The translations under genes were made by a program, and so were the position numbers. DNA of 64,000 bases from positions 4,464-68,463 of the IMG/VR virus record IMGVR_UViG_3300013104_000005; one strand, written 5' to 3'. The stretch is from a virus. Numbering within the stretch: the first letter of the stretch is position 1; every line of letters starts with the position of its first letter. The notes beneath the pieces were generated by a model that made no database searches, was not told the origin of the DNA, and saw only the letters and a list, made by a program, of their open reading frames with translations. Shown in pieces: positions 56,013-64,000 of this stretch.

Positions 56013-56981
56013 CTATATCAGCGGAGGTGCTTGTTTGTCACAGTAAGGCTCGAGCGCCTGTTTTAGCTGCCCGGCCCAATCGTGGAACTCGCCGTGCTTA
56101 AACCGGCGAGCGTACTGGGGATGCGTCAGGTGGTACACCTGCCAGGGGCCCGCTACGTCGCGCATCGCGCTGCGCGCCTGGGTGCCCAGGCAGATGACCC
56201 GCGACGGGTTGAGGTTAGCGATGGTCACCTCCAGGTCGTACGCTGACGCGAAGACGTTCACGTTGGTGATGTAGCCCAACCACCACCGGAGGTAGATCGC
56301 GTCGATGGCCTTCCACAACCACTCCGACGAGGGACCTCGGTCGAAGGGCCCGCCGGGTAAGTCGTCCTTCGTGTCGGTGATGCTCGCAGCCTCCCCCAGG
56401 ATCACGAACTGGGGTGAGGTATTACCCCAGCCGATCCGCGCCGGCGGCAGGTAGGAGATGGCCTTTGCGATCGTTACCTGTCGCTCGACAATCTGTCGCA
56501 GCGTCTGTGTAGGCTTGCCGTCAGTGAGGTTGATGAGCTGCGGCAGCTTGTACCTCTCACACCACAGGTGCGAGCTGTACATTCGCCCCGGCCTCAGGAG
56601 GGAGTCGTAGAGGTCGACGAGGGCCGGCACCTGGGCAAAGTCAGGCTCGTCAGGTGTCCAGCGCTCCCTCATACGCTCTACCGAGTCGTGTAGGTAGATG
56701 ACCTGCGTGCCGTAGGTCAAGAGCATGAGCTCAATCATGCGCCACTCGTGCGGCGTGAGGTGTACCTCGTCTCGGTAAGCGTAGCCATAGGCGATCTGAC
56801 TCCAGTGCGCGCGGTCCAGGATGGTCTGGGGCCGGGCATTCTCGAGCATCCAGCCAAAATAGCTGAACGGCTTCACCGGAGGCTTTATCTGGTGCCGGTA
56901 CACCCAGCCGGGCATCAGGGCTCGCAGCGCACTGCACACCACGCCCTTGCCACACTTGTCGATGCCCTCAACTAAGATCAT
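56013..56981 (-). CDS. dNMP (thymidylate-like) kinase fused to a uracil-DNA-glycosylase-like domain
   Basis: ILVEGIDKCGK and ILDR (kinase); VILGEA, GPF, YITNV, ICLG, HPQY (UDG fold). Confidence 0.75.
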   Translation of the reverse strand: MILVEGIDKCGKGVVCSALRALMPGWVYRHQIKPPVKPFSYFGWMLENARPQTILDRAHWSQIAYGYAYRDEVHLTPHEWRMIELMLLTYGTQVIYLHDSVERMRERWTPDEPDFAQVPALVDLYDSLLRPGRMYSSHLWCERYKLPQLINLTDGKPTQTLRQIVERQVTIAKAISYLPPARIGWGNTSPQFVILGEAASITDTKDDLPGGPFDRGPSSEWLWKAIDAIYLRWWLGYITNVNVFASAYDLEVTIANLNPSRVICLGTQARSAMRDVAGPWQVYHLTHPQYARRFKHGEFHDWAGQLKQALEPYCDKQAPPLI

Positions 56982-56995
56982 GTCCTGCCTCCTTG

Positions 56996-58213
56996 TTACG
57001 CGCGGTCGGACCACTGCGGAAGCTTCGCCGCTAGCAGTAGGTCCTTGTAGGGGTTGAAGTGCCAGGGTCCTCGGATGGGCCCCTCCATCAGTCGCTTTCC
57101 TGCCTCATAGAGCGACATGGAGTACCGCTCGTGCGATGTGTAGTAGCTAAGCGCCGCACGCTGATACTCAAAATACTCTCGCCAGAGATCCGGGTGCCGC
57201 ACCAGGATGTCTAGTTTCTCGCGCACCTGGTCGCCGTTCACGACCATAAACCACTCTCCCAGCAAGGCCGTGGCTATCTGCAACTTGGCGTCGCAGAAGG
57301 CGATAGCCCCGCCCCTCACGATCTCTGAGAGGCGGCCGGTGATAAGCTGGATCTTGTAGGCGTCAAACCGAGCGATGTTCAGTCCGGCGCCGTGTTGATA
57401 GTAGAGTTGCTCGAGGTTAAAGTCCTTGTTAGGCACGAAGGGCCCGTGGACCACTCCCCCAGCAGCACCAAACGTGCCGATGAAGTCGTCCTTGATGCGG
57501 CCGTAGTGATGCATCCGCTCGTTAGTAAAGAACTGGAGCATGGTGTCACGTCGTCGGTAGTCGTTGCCGACGTACGCGCACTCCAGGTAATCGTGGTCAA
57601 GCGACTGGGGTAGCTGGCGGTACGACAGCTGGGGGATGATGGTCACCACCTGCTGAGCGTAGCGACGGCCAAAGTGATAGGTCGCCACCACGATCCGCTC
57701 TTGCCAGTTTGGCAACCACTTCTTGATCTTCGAGATGGTGGTGCCAGCGGTAAGGTCTTGGTCGATGACGATGAGCCCCAGGTTGGGGTTCTTCTCCCAG
57801 CAAGAGCGCGCTACCTCGTTGACGCCGTAGGCCCCACCCATCTGGCCGGTAGCTTCGACGATCAGGATGTCAAGCTCTGGGTAGTCGTACTTGAAGAGCT
57901 CCTTCGGAGGTCGGTTCTCGCTGAGCCAGATGTGGCGGTTAGTGGTGGGTGCGGTGTTGACATACCGCATCATCTTTTGGAAGTTGTCGCCGTAGTGCAC
58001 CACAGACGCGTGCACCTCGAGCTCATCTGGCTCGGCGGTAGCTGGGTTGGGAATGTGACAGTCCGGCACCAGGCACTTGAGGGGCATCCAGTGGACCGGC
58101 TCGCCGGTCCACTTGCGCAGGTCAAGCATCGCCGGATAGTACTGGTCACACGAGCCGATGGGCGCGATGAGGTCGCGCCGTAACGAAGTATAGCCGGTCC
58201 ACCCTATCCTCAC
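56996..58213 (-). CDS. GT-B glycosyltransferase, T4 beta-glucosyltransferase-like
   Basis: AYVGNDYRRRDTMLQFF, HHYG and ITGRLSEIVRGGAIAFCD resemble T4 BGT / CgeB-type C-terminal motifs. Confidence 0.7.
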   Translation of the reverse strand: MRIGWTGYTSLRRDLIAPIGSCDQYYPAMLDLRKWTGEPVHWMPLKCLVPDCHIPNPATAEPDELEVHASVVHYGDNFQKMMRYVNTAPTTNRHIWLSENRPPKELFKYDYPELDILIVEATGQMGGAYGVNEVARSCWEKNPNLGLIVIDQDLTAGTTISKIKKWLPNWQERIVVATYHFGRRYAQQVVTIIPQLSYRQLPQSLDHDYLECAYVGNDYRRRDTMLQFFTNERMHHYGRIKDDFIGTFGAAGGVVHGPFVPNKDFNLEQLYYQHGAGLNIARFDAYKIQLITGRLSEIVRGGAIAFCDAKLQIATALLGEWFMVVNGDQVREKLDILVRHPDLWREYFEYQRAALSYYTSHERYSMSLYEAGKRLMEGPIRGPWHFNPYKDLLLAAKLPQWSDRA

Positions 58214-58214
58214 C

Positions 58215-58811
58215 TTAATAGTCTCCTGACTCAGAGCGGCCGTGGTTTATCGAGTTCTTGGCCACGTATTCGTTGTAGATAGTGTCGGCGTCCATGTTCA
58301 ACAGCATGAAGATGTTCACCAAGAAGTGCAAGATGTCGATGGCTTCGTCGCGGATCTCGTCGATGTGCTCACGACTGCCCACTACGAAGGTAGGGTTACC
58401 CTTGTCCACCTTGTTGCCCAGCGACCTGCTCCAATGCTTCCAGGCGAACCAGTCTTCCAACTCTACCACCTCGTGCATGATGGGCCGCGTATGCTTGAGC
58501 ACCTCGTTCTGCAGGTCTGTTAATTCACCCGGGGTAAGGGGTACCTCTTCATCACTGCTGCAGTCGATGGTGTCCCAGTCAGTGACGTTGGTCGGTTGAC
58601 CGAGCTTTACTTGCAGGTCATGTTGTTGCTCGATGATGCTCTCGAGCATGTCTGGCCTGTACTCGGTAGGCTGTGAGAGGTAGAACACGGCGTCCTTCAA
58701 CACGTCTGCTGGTACCTCGCCTGGCTCCATCAGGTAGCACTTGAGGTTATCGGTTACTTGCTCGCGCGTGAAAGTCGGCGTCATCGAACGTGGCTCTGTA
58801 CTCATCTGCAT
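58215..58811 (-). CDS. all-alpha dCTPase/dUTPase (T4 gp56 / dimeric dUTPase-like)
   Basis: HEVVEL..WKHW..DEAIDILHF..YVAKNSINHGR..GDY. Confidence 0.8.
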   Translation of the reverse strand: MQMSTEPRSMTPTFTREQVTDNLKCYLMEPGEVPADVLKDAVFYLSQPTEYRPDMLESIIEQQHDLQVKLGQPTNVTDWDTIDCSSDEEVPLTPGELTDLQNEVLKHTRPIMHEVVELEDWFAWKHWSRSLGNKVDKGNPTFVVGSREHIDEIRDEAIDILHFLVNIFMLLNMDADTIYNEYVAKNSINHGRSESGDY

Positions 58812-59730
58812 AGTCCTTTCTGTGCTGTGACCAGCCGCTGAAGTTACCTTGGGGCGCGGTTAGGACAGCTGGTTGAGGTCCTTCGTAGTGAACTGGGGCG
58901 GTGATGTAGGCTCGAGACGGGTGCTCGAGCGGTGACATGTGACGCGGGTCCTTGCCGCATGAGTACTCGCTCATCACGCCGTTGGGAGGATAGACTAACT
59001 TGCCGTAAACGCCCAGCCATTCTTCGATGGTCCTCGCGTCGTTTTGGCGGAGGTAAGAGATGGCAGCGCACCGCGCTGAGCTGACCTTTACCAGGTCTGC
59101 GCACAGCAGGTCTGAACAGCGCTCGGGGTCGGTGATGTAGGGCAAGTGCCAGAGGCGCTTGCACCAGTGCACGTCATTGTAGCTAAACGGCCTTCGTTGG
59201 TAAGGCCAACACCGGATAATTGGCCGTGAGCTACGCTGGGCAGAGTACATGTCACCCGCTAACTTTTGGATCTCGGGCGTAGCCGCACCATGCCATCGCT
59301 GGTTGAAGAAGTTAGCGTAGTTAGTAGAGGAGCATACCACCGTGATGAACTGCCACGGTCCCAGTAAGCGGTTCACGGTCTCCTTAGCGACGTCGTACTC
59401 GTTAGCCAGGATCTCGGCTGCGGTACACGCGTTATCACGCTGCACCAACCACTGGTGCAACGCGGCTCGCTGGTCCTCTGGGCTTAGGTCTTCGCCTGGC
59501 ACCATGCCCCTGGCGTTGTGTCGCCACCGCAGGGGGATGTAGGGGTGATCTCGCACCGCAGCGATGATCTTCTTCACGGGGATGGCTCGGTTGCTCGCCG
59601 CGTTTCGCGAGAACTCCCGGTGCGTCATAAACTCGTTGTGAACGATGAGGGGGTACACCAGCTCGAACGTCGTGAGCCTCTCGCCCACGTCGTTGACCGA
59701 GTCAGCTACCACCTTGACTGACCACGACAC
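58747..59730 (-). CDS. thyX: FAD-dependent thymidylate synthase (Thy1/ThyX-like)
   Basis: THREFSRNAASNR signature, NFFNQR, PEIQKLA, HMSPLEH. Confidence 0.8.
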   Translation of the reverse strand: MSWSVKVVADSVNDVGERLTTFELVYPLIVHNEFMTHREFSRNAASNRAIPVKKIIAAVRDHPYIPLRWRHNARGMVPGEDLSPEDQRAALHQWLVQRDNACTAAEILANEYDVAKETVNRLLGPWQFITVVCSSTNYANFFNQRWHGAATPEIQKLAGDMYSAQRSSRPIIRCWPYQRRPFSYNDVHWCKRLWHLPYITDPERCSDLLCADLVKVSSARCAAISYLRQNDARTIEEWLGVYGKLVYPPNGVMSEYSCGKDPRHMSPLEHPSRAYITAPVHYEGPQPAVLTAPQGNFSGWSQHRKDYADEYRATFDDADFHARASNR

Positions 59731-59959
59731 TCTGTCTTGTCCTCTCTAAGATGAGCCGGGTAGGGCCTGCGCCTGACTCGTCAAGTCCTCCATACGCTAC
59801 CAACTTGTAGCTAGACTTACCGTACTCGTTCAGGGCTCGCTGCAAGTTCTCGTCTACGCAGATGAGGCGACCGTTGTTAAACCACGCCGGCTGCCCAGTC
59901 TGCTCCTGTAGGCCCCACACCAGTACTATGTAGTCCATGATCTCCGTCATCATCGGCAT
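59702..59959 (-). CDS. hypothetical protein
   Basis: Small ORF. Confidence 0.5.
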   Translation of the reverse strand: MPMMTEIMDYIVLVWGLQEQTGQPAWFNNGRLICVDENLQRALNEYGKSSYKLVAYGGLDESGAGPTRLILERTRQSVVVSQGGS

Positions 59960-60022
59960 CCGCGGGGATCCTTATGAGGGGATGATAGGATCCCTATCCA
60001 GTGATTACCTAAGCGCTGTGGT

Positions 60023-60074
60023 TGAATCTATCTATCATCCCCGATGAATCTCTAATCTAGAATCTGATTAGATC
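60023..60074 (-). repeat. dispersed ~50-bp element, copy E
   Basis: Minus strand GATCTAATCAGATT...ATTCATC...GATAGATTCAA; both ends match copy B. Confidence 0.6.
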
Positions 60075-60079
60075 TTGGG

Positions 60080-60307
60080 TCACCCCAAGACAGTCGGGTT
60101 GCCGTCTCGCATGACCGGGATTACCAACTGGTTACCGCACTTAGGCGTGGGACACTGCATGTACTCCTTGCCGTTGCGGTCGACGATCACCTTGTCGGTG
60201 TCACCTCGCTCGAGCCTGGCTGAGAAGTTACAGCGGCAGCAGTTCACCACCGCTCCTACCCAGCGAGGCGCGTCCTCCGGCACGCGACCCTTTCGTAATG
60301 TCTTCAC
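60080..60307 (-). CDS. small Zn-ribbon protein
   Basis: CCRC...CPTPKC. Confidence 0.6.
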   Translation of the reverse strand: MKTLRKGRVPEDAPRWVGAVVNCCRCNFSARLERGDTDKVIVDRNGKEYMQCPTPKCGNQLVIPVMRDGNPTVLG

Positions 60308-60922
60308 TTAGTCCTCCTTCGGGGGTAACGGTATGTCACGAGCGAACAGCCAGGCGTCGTGGATATGCTCGTATGCCCACACGCGCAGGTAATCGGTCAT
60401 GCTCTGGTGCCACTTCAGTGATGTCTCGGTGTTGATGTTCATCGACGCGTACTTGACGTCGCTAGCTCCGCTGGGGTCGCGCTGCTGGGCGAGTGACATG
60501 TACTCCTTGTACTCTCCAGTCGCCCACACGCGCGGTAGGTAGAGCCACCACGGCTCGAGCGCCACCGCGAGCTTATCCGCTACGCAGAGGCGAGAGAACC
60601 GACAGTTAAGGTACTGGCAGAGGAACCGCGAGTGTAGAAGCACGAACAGCGCCCACTTCCCGCCGAACCACTGACCCATCACCCGAGCCGCCCACCGCGG
60701 GTGAGTCTCACCCTCGGGCCTGTCCATGTTGGGCTTCCCCCAGTAACCAAGGTCGTGGATGAAGAAGGCCACCCACAGCCGCGGGTCCCAAGGAAAACCG
60801 TACAGCTTCCACCACGCTATAGCTACAAACCAGGGGTGGATGAAGAAGCAGTGAGCGCCGTAGAGCACACTCCTACTACCTATCGGGACCTTCTGGTGCC
60901 AGCGTGTTAGGATGGAGCGCAT
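60308..60922 (-). CDS. HD-like hypothetical protein
   Basis: IHDLGY, H, ADKL pattern. Confidence 0.55.
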   Translation of the reverse strand: MRSILTRWHQKVPIGSRSVLYGAHCFFIHPWFVAIAWWKLYGFPWDPRLWVAFFIHDLGYWGKPNMDRPEGETHPRWAARVMGQWFGGKWALFVLLHSRFLCQYLNCRFSRLCVADKLAVALEPWWLYLPRVWATGEYKEYMSLAQQRDPSGASDVKYASMNINTETSLKWHQSMTDYLRVWAYEHIHDAWLFARDIPLPPKED

Positions 60923-61205
60923 ACTTTTCTACTGCCTCTCTCCAGGCTTCATCGGTAGGCGCGGTGAGCACGCCTAGCGCGTGGAACAGGTGTAACTGGT
61001 AATCGCGAGCGCCCCGGCAAAGGTGCGTGTCAACCTTGCCGTGCGCGCACCCGCTGGAGTGGCAAGTTTGGTTGATGCCCTTCAGCGTGTTCATCACCAC
61101 ATTGTGCCTGACAGCAGCACACCCGCTAGGGTTAAACGGGCACGTCTTGCAGCGTGCAGACATCACCGGCAAGCCGGTGATGTCCCTTATCTCGACGTTA
61201 GGCAT
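60876..61205 (-). CDS. Cys/His-rich hypothetical protein
   Basis: CKTCPF, TCH, LCRGA. Confidence 0.55.
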   Translation of the reverse strand: MPNVEIRDITGLPVMSARCKTCPFNPSGCAAVRHNVVMNTLKGINQTCHSSGCAHGKVDTHLCRGARDYQLHLFHALGVLTAPTDEAWREAVEKYALHPNTLAPEGPDR

Positions 61206-62286
61206 CAGGTGCGACGATCCCGGTGCGCTCCAACTCCTCCGCTCCTTCCAGGATGTGAGCGCCGACAAAGTTAGCGACCGGACGAGGTAGCCTGGCCGTA
61301 ACCACCTCAAAGTTGGCGGCCCAGTCTCCAGCAGACGCGCCTAACGTGCGCGAGATGTTGCGCGGCAGTTCGCCGTGGGTGGCCAGCCTCGTAAATGCGT
61401 TGAGGATGTGCCACTCGGTGTTGCCTGGCTCCTGCTCGAACATCTCGGTCAGCTGGGGGAGGAAGCGGGCCGGCAGGCGCATGGCTCGGGCGTGCTCGCG
61501 CAGTACCGAGACGTAGTCGCCGTCGAAGGTGGTGTTAGCCATCACCCGTGAGCGGTCAACCACGCGGCGATAGGCTACCATCGCTGATGCCAGCGAGTCC
61601 TGCGCCCACTCCAGCTGATGCTGCCGCGAGCTGTTGGCCCGAAACTTCCAGCTGAACTCAGACGCGTTAGCGGTCATGCCGTTGAGGCAGACTAAGCGAC
61701 GGGTGTAGAGCGCGACCTGGGTCGAGGTGCCGTAGCACTGCCGGACCTCGACGCCCATGTTGAGGATGTCGCCGACCGCGGGCGTCACGGGCTCCTCTAT
61801 CGGCGTCACAAACCGGCAGTACATGCCAGACTCTTGGCACTGGGCCACGTCGACCGTAACGTCGAGCTCCAGCATGTCGCGCAGGCCATCGTAGAAGAAC
61901 TGAGCGGTCTCCTGGTAAGGTAGCACCTCGCGGTGGCCGGGCACCAGGTTAGTGAAGCTATCGCCGTGGACGTAGGCCGTAAACTGCCGGGCCGGCGTCG
62001 ACTGGATGCGGTCGTTCATCACGGTGACCGCGGTGTTAGGCGTCAGCTTCTCGATGAAGTCCACCGGAAACTGCGTGTGCCAACCCAACTCGCGCAGTGA
62101 CTGGTGTGACGCGTAACCGAGGTCACGTCCACCTGCGCTTACGGCATAGCCGCCTGTCTCGTTGAGGTTCACCTCGAGCTCGTTTAACGAGATCGGCATA
62201 GTCCTGCTCTCCGGCCACCGAGACCACGGGTGTTCCTCCTCTACGGGAACATGACCAGAAGTCAAGGCCTGCTCTATGTTAATCAC
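61198..62286 (-). CDS. DUF932-like protein
   Basis: RLVCLNG and TEWHILNAFT motifs. Confidence 0.7.
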   Translation of the reverse strand: MINIEQALTSGHVPVEEEHPWSRWPESRTMPISLNELEVNLNETGGYAVSAGGRDLGYASHQSLRELGWHTQFPVDFIEKLTPNTAVTVMNDRIQSTPARQFTAYVHGDSFTNLVPGHREVLPYQETAQFFYDGLRDMLELDVTVDVAQCQESGMYCRFVTPIEEPVTPAVGDILNMGVEVRQCYGTSTQVALYTRRLVCLNGMTANASEFSWKFRANSSRQHQLEWAQDSLASAMVAYRRVVDRSRVMANTTFDGDYVSVLREHARAMRLPARFLPQLTEMFEQEPGNTEWHILNAFTRLATHGELPRNISRTLGASAGDWAANFEVVTARLPRPVANFVGAHILEGAEELERTGIVAPDA

Positions 62287-63568
62287 TGGTTCCTCCTTTG
62301 GGTCCAGTTAACGGGATAGACCCAGGTCCCGGTTCAAGCTGTGCTGCTGCTTGAACACGCTTGATGCTCAGGGTATACTCGCTGTTAGGCTTGTCGTATA
62401 TCACCTGCTTAAACCATGCGGCGAGTTCTGGGCGAGCCTTCAACATGAGGTCAAGTCCGGTAACCTTCACGGTAAAGATGTTCTCGGCGTACTCGCGCAA
62501 CAACTCGGGTAAGCTGGGCACCTCGACGCTCAGCTTAGCGATGAGGTCGTTGAGGTCCAGGAAGTTGACGGCTCGGCGCTTGCCGCGCGAGACCTTCAAC
62601 ACGGCGTTAGGCGTCTGCACGAAGGTGTCTTCGCCGCCAGACTGCTCGAGAGCGTTGTTTACAATCTCCTGCTTCAGCTGGTCGCGGATCGCTTCGCCGC
62701 ACTTGAGCACGTCAGTAATCCAGACGTAGCGCTCTTCGGGCGTCTGCTCCTGCACGGCCGAGACAAACGAGTTGCGCAGCGTCTTGAGTGCGCTCTCAAA
62801 CTCGGGACACTCGTTCCGCATCGGACAGTAGCAGCACCCCTCGTTGACGTGGTAGGGAAAGAAGTTCTGCCTGAAGTACCCGGCCATGCAGGTCCAGACC
62901 TCGGTGAGCTTGGCCTCTAAGGCCACGTCGTCGAGCTTGGAGGTCTCCCACTCGACATCCTCCCCCAGGTTCACGTAACCGATCCGGAACCGCACCCGCT
63001 TGAACTGCGGCCAGAGCTTCCGCGCGGCCCACGCGTACATCAGGGGCTGGTTGCCGTTGCTCCAGTACTCTACATTCTGGTAACGACGGTTGGTCTTGTG
63101 GTCCACGATCAGCAGGGTATCACCCAGGCCAAAGACCGCGTCGATGTGGCCGTGTAGCGGTAGGCCCACGAAGTCTACCTTAAACTTCCACTCCTGCTCG
63201 ATGGCCAGACAGGTCTCTGCCGGGTTGAGCTCGCCGAGGTGGTCTAAGTATCGCTGCAAGTTCTCGACCTCTGTCTCGGTCGCTCCAGCGTCGTAGAGTA
63301 GTACCCTGTAGACGTCAGGGTCGTTGGTCACCTCGCCCCTCAGGAAAGCCTCGATGACCGAGTGTACCGTAGTGCCGATCTTTGCGTATTTATTTTGCGT
63401 CTCCGGCATGTCAGGATTAAGTAGTGGCATGATGGTCCTATGATACCAAGATGCTGGGCACTGCTCAAACACGGCTACGCTGGTGGTGCGGATGCCAGAG
63501 ATTAAGGCAGAAGCTCCAGTCTTTACTACGCCTACCCCTGCGGTGTTAAGCTTCGGTAGTTTTGGCAC
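62279..63568 (-). CDS. Cas4/RecB-like PD-(D/E)xK exonuclease with four-Cys Fe-S motif
   Basis: CP..GTTVH, GHIDAV..IVDHKT, QPLMY, CCYCPMRNEC. Confidence 0.85.
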   Translation of the reverse strand: MPKLPKLNTAGVGVVKTGASALISGIRTTSVAVFEQCPASWYHRTIMPLLNPDMPETQNKYAKIGTTVHSVIEAFLRGEVTNDPDVYRVLLYDAGATETEVENLQRYLDHLGELNPAETCLAIEQEWKFKVDFVGLPLHGHIDAVFGLGDTLLIVDHKTNRRYQNVEYWSNGNQPLMYAWAARKLWPQFKRVRFRIGYVNLGEDVEWETSKLDDVALEAKLTEVWTCMAGYFRQNFFPYHVNEGCCYCPMRNECPEFESALKTLRNSFVSAVQEQTPEERYVWITDVLKCGEAIRDQLKQEIVNNALEQSGGEDTFVQTPNAVLKVSRGKRRAVNFLDLNDLIAKLSVEVPSLPELLREYAENIFTVKVTGLDLMLKARPELAAWFKQVIYDKPNSEYTLSIKRVQAAAQLEPGPGSIPLTGPKGGTSD

Positions 63569-63998
63569 CCTTCTTTCCTCTCTTCGGTGTAGCCACAGCC
63601 CTACGCTGCAGCAGTGTGTAATCCCGGGCGAACAGGACATCTCCTGTCCACCAACCGGTGACAGCGATGTAATCTGAGACCTCGAGCAACTTGAACTTGG
63701 GCGCTAGCTCCTCTACGGTGCGAGCGGAGAGCCGGACCGTAATGGCGTGATGCTCGTCCTCCAGGACAAAGATGACCTTGCCCGGCTTGAAGACCGTCGC
63801 GGTGACGTAGCCGCACACGACCGAGGTCTCTTCTAGCATGGTGCCCAGCGGCAGGCCGTTGAGCTGCATCAGGTGGTACCTGTCGCGCAGCGCGGCTTCG
63901 CTGGCGCCGGTCTGCTTCACCGGGTACCAGGGCGCTAGGGTGATGATGGCCTGCACGTCGTCGCCGCGGGTGAGGTTCAGCTTCTCGGCGAGCGCCGG
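63546..63998 (-). CDS. C-terminal OB-fold part of a larger protein (possibly DnaE-like); truncated by the window
   Basis: Frame is open to the window edge; VCGYV..VIFVLED..YIAVTG OB pattern. Confidence 0.5.
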   Translation of the reverse strand, partial: PALAEKLNLTRGDDVQAIITLAPWYPVKQTGASEAALRDRYHLMQLNGLPLGTMLEETSVVCGYVTATVFKPGKVIFVLEDEHHAITVRLSARTVEELAPKFKLLEVSDYIAVTGWWTGDVLFARDYTLLQRRAVATPKRGKKGAKTTEA

Positions 63999-64000
63999 GG

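Noticed and set aside
62279-63568. Cas4-like gene as evidence of a CRISPR system
   Set aside because: There is no repeat-spacer array and no other cas gene; solo Cas4-like nucleases are common in phage replication modules.

Overview
This window is a 64-kb piece of a GC-rich tailed dsDNA phage genome, siphovirus-like with an HK97-type head. No integrase, tRNA gene or CRISPR array is visible. Layout: (1) 1-20.3 kb, leftward early/replication genes. These include a TOPRIM primase-MCM helicase fusion that the ORF track missed, a DUF669-like SSB, a Sak4-like ATPase, a SNF2 helicase and many small ORFs, driven by near-consensus sigma70 promoters. (2) 20.3-24.4 kb, a mostly non-coding junction with strong G/C strand asymmetry that flips near 21.9-22.0 kb, plus a ~300-bp AT-rich palindrome. 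(3) 24.4-51.7 kb, rightward lysis, packaging, head and tail genes. (4) 51.7-64 kb, leftward nucleotide-metabolism and DNA-modification genes: a dCMP-type thymidylate-synthase homologue, dCMP deaminase, a C5-MTase homologue, a kinase-UDG fusion, a T4-BGT-like glycosyltransferase, a dCTPase/dUTPase, ThyX and a Cas4-like nuclease. The most notable non-coding signals are three. First, the early transcript carries a twister ribozyme, a hammerhead ribozyme and a 47-nt tRNA-like element, each just upstream of an RBS. Second, a ~690-nt ORF-free leader or ncRNA is rich in YGAC motifs. Third, a ~50-bp intergenic element recurs about every 12 kb in alternating orientation. All calls come from manual motif reading; no searches or folding programs were run.
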